From: Mobula birostris
Lineage: Eukaryota
DNA: 64,000 nt
Assembly (NCBI RefSeq): GCF_030028105.1
Contig: NC_092379.1
Location: 19,755,309 to 19,819,308 of the forward strand
Direction of reading: 5' to 3'
A model generated the notes under the pieces. It made no database searches and was not told where the DNA came from. It saw only the letters and a program-made list of their open reading frames with translations. Of this stretch, positions 14,459 to 28,210 are shown one piece after another (within the stretch, counting starts at the first letter, position 1; the number at the start of each line of letters is the position of its first letter). Made by a program: the position numbers and the translations under genes.

Positions 14459-14527
14459 ACTTCTCACCCTCTGAAACTTTTCGATGATTTTAAGTTCCCT
14501 GGCCCCCACCGCTTTATTTTCACCATG

Positions 14528-15320
14528 GATGGAGTTCAAACCAGAGAAGTGTGAGGTGGTACACTTTGGAAGGACAAACTCCAAGGCAGAGTACAAAGTA
14601 AATGGCAGGATACTTGGAAGTGTGGAGGAGCAGAGGGATCTGGGGGTACATGTCCAAAGATCCCTGAAAGTTGCCTCACAGGTAGATAGGGTAGTTAAGA
14701 AAGCTTATGGAGTGTTAGCTTTCATAAGTTGAGGGATAGAGTTTAAGAGTCGTAGGGTAATGATGCAGATCTATAAAACTCTGGTTAGGCCACACTTGAA
14801 GTACTGTGTCTAGTTCTGGTCGCCTCACTATAGGAAGGATGTGGAAGCATTGGAAAGGGTACAGAGGAGATTTACCAGGATTCTGCCTGGTTTACAGAGT
14901 ATGCATTATGATCAGAGATTAAGGGAGCTAGGGCTTTACTCTCTGGAGAGAAGGAGGATGAGAGGAGACATGATAGAGGTATACAAGATATTAAGAGGAA
15001 TAGATAGAGTGGACAGCCAGCGCCTCTTCCCCAGGGCACCACTGCTCAATACAAGGGGACATGGCTTTAAGGTAAGGGGTGGAAAGTTCAAGGGGGATAT
15101 TAGAGGAAGGTTTTTTACTCAGAGTGTGGTCGGTGCGTGGAATGTACTGCCTGAGTCAGTGGTGGAGGCAGATACACTAGTGAAATTTAAGAGACTACTA
15201 GACAGGTATATGGAGGAATTTAAGGAGGGGGGTTATATGGAAGGCAGGGTTTAAGGGTCAGCATAACATTGTGGGCCGAAGGGCCTGTACTGTGCTGTGC
15301 TGTATTGTTCTATTGTTTGT
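14528..15320 (+). mobile_element. 5'-truncated CR1 LINE
   Basis: MEFKPEKCEVVHFGRTN, ALERVQRRFTR, CR1 3' end; close relative of 3472-4700. Confidence 0.9.
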
Positions 15321-15544
15321 CCATATATCTGTGATTCCACTTTCAAGGAATTATGGATCTGTATTCCTAGATCCCTTTGTTCTGCACATCTCAGTTCCCT
15401 ATTGAATTGCATTGACTTTATTCTTTCATCCTTCACATACGTGAGGAGTAAAAATCTTTACATTACATCTCCATCTGAATGTGCAAATTATAGTAATTTG
15501 TAAAAAGTAGCATGTTCAGTATGATATACAACAGAGCAGTCAAT

Positions 15545-16030
15545 ATAGCTTAGAAATACAATTGTGTCAGTGTGAATTAATCAGTCTGGTGGCCTTGTGG
15601 AAGAAGCTGTCCTGGAGCCTGTTGTCCTGGCTTTAATGCTGCGGTACTGTTTCCCGGATGGCAGCAGCTGGAGCAGTTTGTAGTTGGGGTGACTCGGGTC
15701 CCCAATGATCCTTTGGGCCCTTTTTGTAAATGTCCTGAATAGTGGGAAGTTCACAACTGCAGATGTGCTGGGCTGTCCGCACCACCTGTGCCCTGTGATT
15801 GAGGGAAGTACAGTTCCCATACCAGGTAGTGATACAGCCAGTCAGGATGCTCTCACTTGTACCCCATGGAAAGTCCTTAGGATTTGGGGACTGATGCCAA
15901 AGTTCTTCAACCATCTAAGGTGAAAGAGGTGCTGTTGTGCTTTTTTCACCACGCAGCTGGTATGTACAGACCAAGTGAGATCCTCGGTGATGTGTATACT
16001 GAGGAACTTGAAGCTGTTCACCCTCTCAAT
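15545..16030 (-). mobile_element. Rex1/Babar-type LINE 3' fragment
   Basis: SESILTGCITTWYGNCT, VVRTAQHI, RAQRIIGDPSHP, LLPSGKQYRSIKART. Confidence 0.75.
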
Positions 16031-17156
16031 CCTACCATTCACTGTGTTCTTGCCCTGGATTGTCCTGCCAAAGTGCAACACTGTACACCCATTGGCATTA
16101 TTCCCCTCTGCCGTTATTCAGTCCATCTTCCCACTGGTTCAGACCATGCTGCAATCTTGCTGCATTGGTTTATTTTGATCGTACTGATGCTTACCAGAAG
16201 CTCCCAAATAATTCTTATCAGTGCTCTGTTATCCTTCCAGAATTCTGAGATCTATCAGGTCCCCAGTGAATTGTTTTGAGCAACCTGTCATCTTTCTTTC
16301 CAGACCAGATGAAGGGTCTCAGCCCAAAATGTTGACTGTTTACTCTTTTCCGTAGATGCTGCCTGACCTGCTGGGTTCCTCCAGCATTTTGTCTGTGTTG
16401 CTTTGGATTTCCAGCATCTGCTGTATTTCTCTTGTTTGTGATGCTGCGATCTTTGTTAGCCTCCCCTACTACTTTCCCGTACTTGATCTCTTCTTCAAAT
16501 TTGCTGATGCAGTTTACCACATCATCTAAACAGATGATGATCAACAACAGATCCAACGCTGACCCCTGCTGCACACCCCTAGTCACAGCCCTCCAGTCAG
16601 AGAGACTTGTGTACTTCCACTCTGTCTTCTCCCGCTAAGACAATTTACTACTGCAACTTCAACACCAAGTGACTTAATCTTCAGGACGAGCCCCCTATGT
16701 GGTACTCTGTCAAAGGCCTTGCTAGAGTCCATGTAAACAAGGTTTTCCCTTCATCAACTTGCTCGGTTCTACAGACTTACCATGGGGAACATCCTGACAG
16801 GCTGCACCACTGTCTGATATGGGTGGCGGCAGGGGCACGACTGCACAGAAGTTACAGTAAGTTGTAAAATTAGTCAGCGCCATCTCGGGTACCACCCTCC
16901 ATAGTATCCAAGACATCTTCAAGGAATGGTGCCTCAGAAAGGAGCCAACATTAAGGATATCACTCAGGACATGCCCCCTTCTCATTGTTACCGTCAGGAA
17001 CGAGGTACAGAAACCTGAAGGCACACACACAGTGATTCAGGAACAATTTCTTTCCCTGTCATCTGATTTCTGAATGGACATTGAACCCATGAACATTACT
17101 TCACTACTTTTTTATATTATTTCTGTTTTGCACTTTTAAAATCTATTTAATACACA

Positions 17157-17721
17157 TGAAACACTCCGGTTCCGTCGGCTGTGTAAGCCTAGGGAAGACA
17201 ATCTCCGGCCCCGCTAAACGTGTGAGATTGAAGCGCAAACCCCTCAAATCCCTCTGTTTGTGTGGATGCTGTGTGATTCGTACCCCGTTACAAATAAGTA
17301 CCAGAAAATAACAGACAGTACACCCCATACAATTAAATGATTTAGCTTTATAATTCTTAATTTGACTAAAGGGTTAGTAAAGAAAAAGCAAAAGAAAAAG
17401 AAAAGGGCCCATTTTAATGAAATAGCCCAATGTGCACAAGTTGGAGCTCATGGTTTCCCCTTCGCTGATCCTCTTTTGATCTTCCTGGGCTTTGTCAGAT
17501 CAGCTCCGGGTCGAGTCCTACGACCTCTTCTCTCCGGCGTCTTCTCCCTTCATCTCCCGCTGAACAAAAGACCCAGCTCACACCGGTGTCAGGCACACAA
17601 CACGAAAAACACACTCCCTTCATTGGACATCTCACATTCCAAAGCACCCGTTATCTCTAATCATAACCCAAACACTGCTTCTACAGAAAGACCATTATGA
17701 AACATTTCCCAGGGTGTTACA
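17157..17721 (-). mobile_element. Solo LTR
   Basis: TG...CA termini (tgaaac...gttaca) inside a LINE tail; 4-bp flanks caca/cata (one mismatch); shares gtttgtgtggatgctgtgtga and aattaaatgattta with 38797-39491. Confidence 0.65.
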
Positions 17722-17824
17722 CATATGTATACTTCAATTGATTTACTTATTTATTTTTTTCTTTCTATATCATCATGTATTGCATTGTACTGCTGCTGCT
17801 AAGTTAACAAATTTCACGACACAT

Positions 17825-19330
17825 GCCAATAGACAATAGACAATAGGTGCAGGAGTAGGCCATTCAGCCCTTTGAGCCAGTGCCCCCATTCACTGTGATC
17901 ATGGCTGATCATCCACAATCAGTACCCTTTTCCTGCCTTCTCCCCATATCCCTTGACTCCCCTATTTTTAAGAGCTCCATCTAACTCTTTCTTGAAAGAA
18001 TCCAGAGAATTGGCCTCCACTGCCTTCTGAGGCAGAGCAATCCACAGAACCACAACCCTCTGTGTGAAAAAGTTTTTCCTCAAATCCATTCTAAATGGTC
18101 TACCCTTTATTCTTAAACTGTGGCCTCTGGTTCTGGACTCCCCCAACATCGGGAACATGTTTCCTGCCTCTAGCGTGTCCAATCCCTTAATATTCTTATA
18201 TGTTTCAATCAGATACTAAACCAATGATAATAAACCTGATTCTAATTCTGATTCTGGTAATGTCCTCAAAAAACTCTTTTAAGATCGGTTCAACACAATG
18301 TACCACACACAATACATGTTGACTGTCTCTAACCAGGCCCTGACTATCCGGATGCTTATACATCCTGTTCAGTAGAATACCTTCCAATAATTTACCCACA
18401 ATTAATATCAGACTCACTGGCCCCTAGTTGCCTGGCTTGTTCTCAGAGCCTGTCTTGAACAATGGAACAGCATTTGGTATCCTCCAGTCCTCCGGCACAT
18501 TGCCCGTGGTTAAGAATGTTTTAAGTAACTCTGTCACGGCTGCTGTGGTTTCTGGACTTGTCTCCCGTGAGGACCAAAGGGACACCTTGTCAAGCTCTGG
18601 GGATTTTTCCACCCTAACTTCCCTCAAGTAAACACCCCCTCATCTGTTATCTGGATACAGTCCATGGCCCCACTATTGTTTTTCCTCAGTTCTATGGAGT
18701 TTGTGTCTGTCTGCTGAGAAAGTACAGATGCAGAGAATTCATTTGAGATCTCATCCATCTTTTCCTGTTCCACACACAGATGACCATGCTGATCTTCAAG
18801 AGAAGCAATTCTGCCCATTACTATCCTTTTGCTCTTAACATATTGATGAAATCCCCTGGGATTTTCTTTCACCTTGTCTGTCAGAGCAACATCATGTCTC
18901 GTTTTAGTTCTCCTGATTTCTGTCTTACATGTTCTTTTGCATTTCTCATACTGAAGTGCCTCATTTGATCCTAACTCCCCATGTGTAATCTTCACCTCCT
19001 CCTTCTTCACAAGTGCCCCAATACCCTGAAAAACTAAGCTTCCCTAAATCTTTTAGCTGTGCCTTTATTCCTAGCAGGAACATACAGATCCTGGACATTC
19101 AATCTTTTTCTTTTGAAGACCTTCCACTAACCAAGTATCCCTTTGCAGGAAACCAACCTATCCCAGTCCATGTCTGCCTGATCTCTTCTGATGCCATCAA
19201 AATTGGCCTTCCTCCTGTTTTCAATGTCCACCTGAGGACCAATCCTGTCCTTCTCCATAATTATCCTGAAAATGATCAGTAGAGCAAAACAGTTTTCGCC
19301 TGCACACACGTCTGTCACCTGCCCTGTCTC
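17825..19330 (-). mobile_element. CR1 LINE fragments
   Basis: KSPELDK, WRIPNAVPLFK, TRGHSLRIKGRPF and CR1 3' end. Confidence 0.8.
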
Positions 19331-22300
19331 GTTCCCTGAGGAGATCCACTATCCTGACCTCTGCATTTTGATTAAAGAATCTTTTAAGAACACATCTGAC
19401 AAACTCTATCACATGCATCGCATTTAGAGTAGGCACAGTGTCTGTATTCCTTCCACATCCGTCCCCACTCCATGGCAGCATATTACCTTCCTCCTGTACC
19501 CCCTTCAGGCCCTGCCCCTCCTCAGAATAACAACAAACCATGCAGATGGTAAAAACTATCATGGGGAATCTGATCAGGTTACACTGTGCTCTTTTGCTAG
19601 GGTTGCTTGAGCTGTTGGGGAGCATCTAAAATAACTTGCCAGGGAGATGGGAACTAGAGTGACAGGGCCGAGGATGGAGTAGTTGGTGTCCAACTAGATC
19701 CCGTGTGTGATGAGACTGTGAGGAAGGACAGGCAGATAGCAGGGCAAAATTGCATTCAGAATCAGGTTTATTATCACCAGCGGGTGTCGTGACATTGGTT
19801 AATTTAACAGCAGCAATTCAATGCAATACATGATAATACAGAAAAAAATAAGCAGATCAATCAAAGTAAATATATATATAAAATAGTGCAAAACAAAAAT
19901 GCTATTAAAATAGTGAGGTATTGTTCATGGGTTCAATACCAATTTTAAAATCGGTTGTCAGAGGAGAAGAAGCTGATCCTGAATCACTGAGTGTGTGCCT
20001 TCTGACTTCTGTACCTCCTTCCCAACGGTAACAGTGAGAAGTGAGATGGGTTAAAGTGAAACAGGGCAAAATCGAAAAGGGTGATGAATACAGGAGTGAA
20101 GGTGTTATATTTGAATGCACTCACAGTTTACAGAATAAAGGCTGATGGTCTTGTAGGACAATTAGAGATTGGCAGATACACTGTTGTGGGCATCGCTGAG
20201 TCATGGCTGGAAGGTGATAATAGTTGGGAGCTTAGCATCCAAGGATACACATGGTATTGAAAGGACAGGCAGGTAGGCAGAGGGTTGGAGTGGCTCTGTC
20301 AGTAAAAAAATGAAATCAAATCCCTAGAAAGAGGTCATGTGGGACTGGAAGATAAGACCATAAGACACAGGAGCATAATTAGGCTATTTAGCCCATTGAC
20401 ACTTCTCTGCCATTTCATCATGGCTGATTTATTTTCCATCTCAGCCCCAATCTCCTGCCTTCTCTTCATATCCCTTCATGCCCTAATGAATCAAGAATTT
20501 ATCAAACTCTTCCTTAAGTATACCCAAGGACTTACACATACACTCCAGGATATGGGCATGGGGAGCCTCCACAGGACCTGGCCCCAAGTCATCACCTGTT
20601 CCTGGATCATTTCCCCAGTATCTGATTCAGTGCCATGCCCCCTCACGACCTGCTCTGCACTCCAGGTTATGGGCACAGGGAATCTCCTCCAATACGTGAT
20701 CTTGGGTACAGTCTCTAAAATCTGCTCCATATATATTTTCCCAAATGTCTGAACGTGGTGCATTTCTGAGATGTGGGGTTGGGAATCTCATTCTCTGATT
20801 CTTCTAAATAACTGATTTTAAATTGTTTCCCTAAGATCAGTCGTACATTCCCAAGCTCTGTCGTATTCCCTTATGAATGAGGTTGAGAATTAACCACAAT
20901 TTCTGGTTCTGTGGAGGGGTATTTTTCCCATTGTCTGGTCTTTCATAGTTTTCCTCAATGGCTATTCCTAGGGTATATTCTTTCAATATCTGGTCCTGTG
21001 TCTACCTCCAATGTCCGTCCCTTGGACTTACTCTGCTCAAATTAGGTGCTGGCTGTTGTATTCTATTCCCTTCTTGGTTTGTATTAATCTAGTACCTGTT
21101 TATGTTTTCTACTCCCGGTGTGTTTTCCTCAGTATCTGTTGTATTTTCCTGCATTGGCATATTTTCTCAAAATGTTCTCATGAAAACTGTAATGGTCGAT
21201 CTCCAGTTCTGAGTCACCTGTACTTGTACCAACAGCTCCACACTCTCTGATGGGGGATGCTGCAGGATGCACAGAGTTTCCTTCAGCTAAACACCGAGCA
21301 GGCCAAAAGCTTTGGTCCCTGCAGTGAGTTCTGTTCCAGAGCACTGATGCTGTTGTCCCTTTTCACTGACCTGAGAACAAAAATTCTGGCTGGTGTTGCT
21401 GTTCACGGTAGCAGACTCCCCATTAGCACTTATTGTGGGGTCCTTGTGTTTCAATAATGATTCGTCTCGTAGTGTCACTCAGCCAAGACATTGATGTTCT
21501 GTTGGAATTCCTATGGATAAACACTTGTTTCTGTCTCTGCATGAGATTCACTCGTTCTTCCGCTCCTGATTCAGTCGTCTGTCAGTGCATACTGTGTCAG
21601 TAGGACCCGAACATAAGTGGACCCAGCAGAGGTTCAACAGCAGCTTGGACATCGGTCGGTCAGAGACAAGGGTGCCTGCTATTCTCATTGATTGTCCAGA
21701 GGCTATGTTCCAAGTTTCTCACTGCAATGTTCTGAGTTTCTCTAGTGTATGTTCTGAGCTTCTCTGGTCTATGTTCAAGGTCTCCCATGGCCCTTCAGGT
21801 TTCCGAGGACTATTCCAGGTTTCTGAGTTTGATTCCATATTCCTGAGTTTACCAGCCCTGTCTCGGGTTCTCCACAGCTCCCTGGCTGCCTTCGGGATGG
21901 AGGTACTGTCATGTCCCCTGTGGGCCTGTGCAACATATTTGTTAATTGCGAAGTTCTTGTGCATTCTGTTTAGTCTTGTCAAGTGTATTTTGACTGGCAC
22001 TGATTTTCCTCATACTGTGATTATTTAAAGCAGACTCCCAATTACTGGTTATCATGGGATCCTTGTGCTTCAAGAATGATTTATCTCACTGTGTTGCTTA
22101 GTCAAATCACTGATGTTCTGTTGGGATTCCTAGGAATAAACTCTTATTTCTGTCTTTGCATGGGGTTCAGTCAGTTATCTGCACTGGGTTCAGTCATCTG
22201 TCAGCGCACCCTCGTAACTCCTCTGTTAACTTCCTTCCACAGATATTGGGTTTACTGTGTCCATAGTTCCCAACATTTTATTTGTAGCCCTTCTCAAATA

Positions 22301-23049
22301 AAGGAACAGATCACAAATCTCCCAGAACGTATCTGAAATGTCGACAGAACTGAATTCTTGCTCCTAGTGCAAGGTTTCAGCAATGCATTAATCTACAACG
22401 TCCTCCAATTTTTAACCTCACCAGCACATGGCATTGGGAATAATCCAGAGATTACCACTGTTGGGGTCTTACATTTTAACCTCTTTTCTAACTCCCTATA
22501 TTCACTCCACAGCAGCACATCCATTTTTCTGCCAATCGTCATTTGAGCCAATGTGTGCAACCACTTCTGTCTGCTCACCCTCCCCACTGAGAATGTTCTG
22601 CAATCGCTCTGAGACATCCTCATCTGAATAATACTCTATCTGCAATTGCTCAGCCCACCCACCCAGCTGATCAAGATCCCACTGTAATTGTTGCTAACCT
22701 TCTTCTCTCCCCACAATACCATCTGTTTTAGTGTCACTTGTCATCTAATACTCAGGAATATGGGAAAAATTCCCATCAATGAGAGGACTCCTTCATCCAG
22801 GTATCAGCAGTCATTTGGACCAGAATAACATTCAAAGGAACAATTCTCAGTCCGTCTCCAGGGAAATGCTCCCTAATTCAGTGTTGTGTGAAAACATACT
22901 TGGATCAGATTTTGGAGACACATAGTGGGGGAAATAACACAGGGTGCAGAGCAGGAAGTGAAGAGCATGGCCCGGATTTGGATATTGGTCCAGTAACCTG
23001 GCCTTAGAGGTGGCAGAGACTCCTTCCTTTCTCCTTCTCTCCCTCTTAC

Positions 23050-24135
23050 TCTACGATCTCCATGTGATGTATTTGCATGGATAAAGAATTGGTTAATTAG
23101 TAGAAAACAGAGTCGGGATACGTGGATGTTACTCTGGTTGGCAATCAGTAGTGAGCGATGTGCCACAGGGGTCGGTGCTGGGCCTGCAACTGTTCACGAT
23201 ATACATTAACGATCTGGAAGAGGGGACAGAGTGTAGTGTATCTAAGTTTGCTGATGACACTAAATTGAGTGGAAAAGCAAATTGTGCAGAAGTTACAGAG
23301 TCTGCAGAGAGATATAGATAGGTTAAGTGAGTGGGCCAGAGTCTGGCAGATGGAGTACAATGTTGGTAAATGTGAGGTCATCCACTTTGGAAGGAAAAAT
23401 GAAAGAGCAGATTATTACTTAAGTGGTGAAAATTGCATCATGCTGCTGTGCAGAGGGACTTGGAAGTGCTTGTTTGTGAATCACAAAAGGTTGGTTTGCA
23501 GGTGCAGCAGGCTATCAAGAAGGCAAATGGATTGTTGGCCTTCATTGCTAGAGGGATTGAATTTAAGAACAGGGAGGTTATGCTGCAACTATACAGGGCA
23601 CTGGTGAGGCCGCACCTGGAGTACTGCGTGCAGTTCTTGTCTCCTTACTTGAGGAAGGATATACTGGCTTTGGAGGTGGTGCAGAGGAGGTTCACCTGGT
23701 TAATTCCACTGTTGAGGAGAGATTGAGTCGCCTGGGACTGTACTCACTGGAATTCATAAGAATGACAGGAGATGCTATAGAAACATTTAAAATTATGAAA
23801 GGGATAGGTAGAGGCAGGAAAGTTGTTTCCACTGGTGGGTGAGACTAGAACGAGGGGACGTAGCCTCTAGATTCAGGGGAGTAGATTTAGGACGGAGATG
23901 AGGAGGAACTGTTTTTCCCAGAGAGTGGTGAATCCGTGGAATTCTCTGCCCAATGAAGCAGTGGAGGCTACCTCAGTAAATATACTTAACACAAGGTTGG
24001 ATAGGTGTTTGCATAGTAGGGGAATTAAGGGTTCTGGGGAAAAGGCAGGTAGGTGGTGGTGAGTCCATGGCCAGATCAGCCATGATCTTATCAAATGGTG
24101 GAGCAGGCTCGATGGGCTGGATGGCCGACTCCTGC
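23050..24135 (+). mobile_element. 5'-truncated CR1 LINE
   Basis: aagtttgctgatgac (KFADD), WQMEYNVGKCEVIHFG, LVRPHLEYCVQF, CR1 3' end. Confidence 0.85.
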
Positions 24136-24346
24136 TCCTATTTCTTGTGTTCTTATCTCTCCCTCTTTGACCTTCCTCGCTTCTCTCTTTCTCTCTATCT
24201 GTCCACCCCCCTTTCTTTCCGCCTTCTCTAAGCTCATTTCAGACCTTCAAATCTCCAATTTGCTCCCTTATTTCTCTCACCTACCCCACAGAACATGGGG
24301 TCAGAAGCTGGCTCTGACAAGCTGCCTGCACTTTGTACAATCAGAC

Positions 24347-24534
24347 NNNNNNNNNNNNNNNNNNNNNNNNNNNNNNNNNNNNNNNNNNNNNNNNNNNNNN
24401 NNNNNNNNNNNNNNNNNNNNNNNNNNNNNNNNNNNNNNNNNNNNNNNNNNNNNNNNNNNNNNNNNNNNNNNNNNNNNNNNNNNNNNNNNNNNNNNNNNNN
24501 NNNNNNNNNNNNNNNNNNNNNNNNNNNNNNNNNN
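24347..24534. other. Assembly gap (188 N)
   Basis: Run of N; lies ~5 kb beyond the Ig gene 3' end, so the Ig exon array is in gap-free sequence. Confidence 1.
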
Positions 24535-25139
24535 AGAAAATAAAAAGAATATTGTGAGCAGTGAAGAGTATAAAATATACCGGAGGACTGGCAGCAAGTG
24601 CTCACTGAGGGAAAGAAGGAGGGAGCAAGCCAGTGTCGAGAGCTGACATTCCCAGAGGGGAGCAGAGGCCAGTGGCAGGGTAAGGTCCTCAGTTGTTGCA
24701 CATCCTTGATTTGTAGTTGGCTGAAATGCAAGAGTGAGAGTTAGTTTGGCTGCTGAGCAACAGGTATTGTTTATTGGCACAAAGGAAGTTGCCATGGTGG
24801 GGTGGAGGGAGGGGGAGTGGGGTGGGGGGGGCGGAGAGGAGAGGGGGAGAAGCTGCATTGACAAACTGGAAAGAAGGAATAAAGCTACTGAAGGAGGAAT
24901 GGTGTTAAAATGTCAAGGGCAGAGGAATCAAATGAAAGTTGTGTGTACAAGCTGGGGAAAGAGGTTTCACGAGGGGGTAGATTGAATGAATGTTTGGAGA
25001 ATGGCAGAGTGTGTGAGTGAGATGGGTACTGTGGCTGGAAATAAACACTGGACTGTCATTGTTGATCTCTCTGTAATATGAAGCAGTACGGGCACATACA
25101 GACACAGTTTATGTTACTGAGAGTTTAATTGAGAAGCTG

Positions 25140-25440
25140 GGTTCGTGACATAGATACGTGAGTTCAGATCACATCACGGCAGCAGGGATGTGTAACTGAA
25201 GTCCTGTGTCAGTGACCGTGACTTAGAGAAATGGATTGGTGTCTAAATGCATGACTGACGTGTTTCAGGGAAGGGAATCTGCTGACTTTACCTGGTCTGG
25301 CCTGTATATGTCTCCAGGCCCTCAGTAAAGTAACTGACCTTTAACTGCACTGTGAAATGGCCCAGTAAACCACCCATTTCAAGAGCAGTTGGGATGGTAA
25401 AGAAATGTTGTTCTACTCACATCCTGCGAATGAATAACTA
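25140..25440 (+). mobile_element. Decayed tRNA-type SINE of a common shark/ray family
   Basis: cagggaagggaatctgc...acctggtctggcct...ctccag...gaaatggcccag motif block; weaker related copies at ~45505-45770 and ~60240-60510. Confidence 0.45.
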
Positions 25441-27004
25441 AAAGTTATCCACAATTATGTTGTATCATGACCGATCTATCATTGTTTTGTTTTTAGATCT
25501 ATCTACATGATTGGGATTGATTTTTAATTACTTCGCAATGTAATTAATTCATTATTAAGAATATTTGCCCTCCCCTTGGACAACATTGGTGTCGTGGAGA
25601 GGGGGGACTTGCAGCATGGGCAACTGCTGGTCTTCCATACAACCTTGCCCAGGCCTGCACCCTGGAGAATGAAGACTTTCCAGGCGCAGGTCCATGGTTT
25701 CGCAAGACTAACGGATGCCTTTACTTTAATAATATTTAGACGGGGGAGGAGAAGACGGCAGTGCGACGCAGCGCGCGCGGCCGCTACAGAATGATATCTG
25801 TATTTGTTAAGTAGGGTACCATGCACAATTCTGATTAGATGGAGACAGACGTGAGCAGCATGGAGGAACATCTGGAGAAACTTCTGAAATGCCTGCTTCG
25901 CTGCCGCTGCTACTGTGCGATTGAGAATCTCCGGAGGGGAAGGCCCCAAATCCTCGGCTTTGCCTGTTGCTTGGCGGCCGGGGCCGGGGTCGAAGCACTC
26001 GGCAGAGATGGTGCTTGGTGCTCGGTGTTGGAGGCTTGAAGTTTTCGGACGGACCCAAGAGTCGGCTATGGTCAGGTGCTTCCAGGGTGCTGCATCGGCA
26101 AGTTTGCGGCGCTGGAGGTTCATGGCAGGGAGAGTTTTTCTTCCTTCTACCGTCTGCGTGAGATGATGGGACTTTTGAGAGACTTTGAGACTTTTTTTGA
26201 CCATGCCCATAGTCTGTTCTTTATCAAATTGCGGTATTGCCTTGCACTGTTGTAACTATATGTTATAATTATGTGGTTTCTGTCAGTTTTTCAGTCTTGG
26301 TCTGTCTTGTGTTTCTGTGATATCATACTGGAGGAACATTGTATCATTTCTTAATGCATGCATTACTAAATGATAATAAAAGAGGACTGCGTGTCCTCAT
26401 AATCATATTTCATGCCTGATTACTCTTTATTATTTTAGATTGTTATATCATGATAATGTAGTGAATTGTTTCCATGGAAATTCCATGGATAAGTTGTTTC
26501 TTTTTATAAAACTGTGTGTGGTAGAATTCCCTCAGAGACGGCACTGGGAATGACTCTGCCAAAATTCTATTGGTCAGACTTGCCATTACATGTGACAGGT
26601 AATCTCCATAGAATCTGGTCACAGTTATCACCGGTTCCTGCAATTACATCCCCCAGTACCTGAGTCAGTGCCATGTCCCTCACAACCTGCTCTACATTCC
26701 AGATTATGGGTGCAGGAGTTTCTTCCACTACGTGATTTTGGTTCCAGTCTCCAAACACAGTTCCATATATATTTTCCAAATTGACTGAAGGTGGAGCATT
26801 CCCTGAGAATCTAATCCTCAAATCCTTACAAATAAGAGAATTTCTTGTATAAATTGTTTCTCATACATGGGAATCACTACCTTCCCGAAGATCAATTGTG
26901 CATTCCCAAGCTCTGTTGTATTCCCTCAGGAACAATGTTGAGAATTAACCACAATTTCTGGTCCTGAGAAGGGGTATTGTCTGGTCTTTCATAGTTTTCC
27001 CCAA

Positions 27005-27695
27005 TGTCTCTTTCCATATAACCATATAACCATATAACAATTACAGCACGGAAACAGGCTATCTCGGCCCTTCTAGTCCATGCCGAACTCTTACTCTCAC
27101 CTAGTCCCACTGACCTGCACTCAGTCCATAACCCTCCATTCCTTTCCTGTCCATATAGCTGTCCAATTTAACTTTAAATGACGACTTTGTACCTGCCTCA
27201 ACCACTTCTGCTGGAAGTTCATTCCACACAGCTACCACTCTCTGAGTAAAGAAGTTCCCCCTCATGTTATCCCTAAACTTTTGTCCTTTAACTCTCAACT
27301 CATGTCCTCTTGTTTGAATCTTCCCCTCTCTCAATGGAAAAAGCCTATCCACGTCAACTCTATCAATCCCCCTCATAATTTTAAACACTTCTATCAAGTC
27401 CCCCCTCAACTTTCTACGCTCCAAAGAATAAACCTAACTTGTTCAACCTTTCTCTGTAACTTAGGAGATGAAACCCAGGCAACGTTTTAGTAAACCTCCT
27501 CTGTACTCTCTCAATTTTATTGACATCTTTCCTATAATTTGGTGACCAGAACTGTACACAATACTCCAAATTTGGCCTTACCAATGCCTTATACAATTTC
27601 AACATTACATCCCAACTCCTCTCCTCAATGCTCTGATTAATAAAGGCCAGCAAACCGAAAGCTTTCTTCACCACCCTATCCACATGAGATTCCAT
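27005..27695 (-). mobile_element. 5'-truncated CR1 LINE
   Basis: LVRPNLEYCVQFWSP, KLRGDLIEVFKIM; catataac repeats at the 3' end. Confidence 0.85.
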
Positions 27696-27873
27696 TGTAA
27701 TGGAATTGCACATCAAGCATTTTTATGATTTATAATGGACATAAATAATCATCACAAACATCAGTAACAACTGCTTACAAATGGCTTAAGTTCCAATAGC
27801 CAGAACTCAGCTTTCACAGGTGCTGAACTCAATCAAATTAATATATTAAAGGACCACTTTTGATGGCTTCATT

Positions 27874-28210
27874 CAGTGGCCACTTTATTAGGTACACTTG
27901 CTCTTTTCTGTAAATATCAAATCAGCCAATCATGTGGCATCAACTCAATGCATAAAAGCATTCAGACATGTTTGTTGTTCAGACCAAACATCAGAATGAT
28001 GAAGAAGTGTGATCCAAGTGAGTTTGACTGTAGAAAGGTTATTGAAGCCAGATGGGGTGGTTTGAATATCTCAGAAACTGCTGGCCTACTGGGATTTTCA
28101 CACACAACAGTCTCTGGAGTTCATGGAGAATGGAGCAAAAAACAAAAAAAAAATCAATGGACGTCAGTTTTGTGGGTGAAAATGCCCTGTTAACGAGAGA
28201 GGTCAGAGGC
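27874..28210 (+). mobile_element. Tc1/mariner 5' fragment (TIR and N-terminal HTH of transposase)
   Basis: TIR-like cagtggccactttattaggtacac; translation KKCDPSEFDCRKVIEARWGGLNISETAGLLGFSHTTVSGVHGEW. Confidence 0.8.

Noticed and set aside
24095-24864. ORFs spanning the N run
   Set aside because: Artefacts of translating through the assembly gap.
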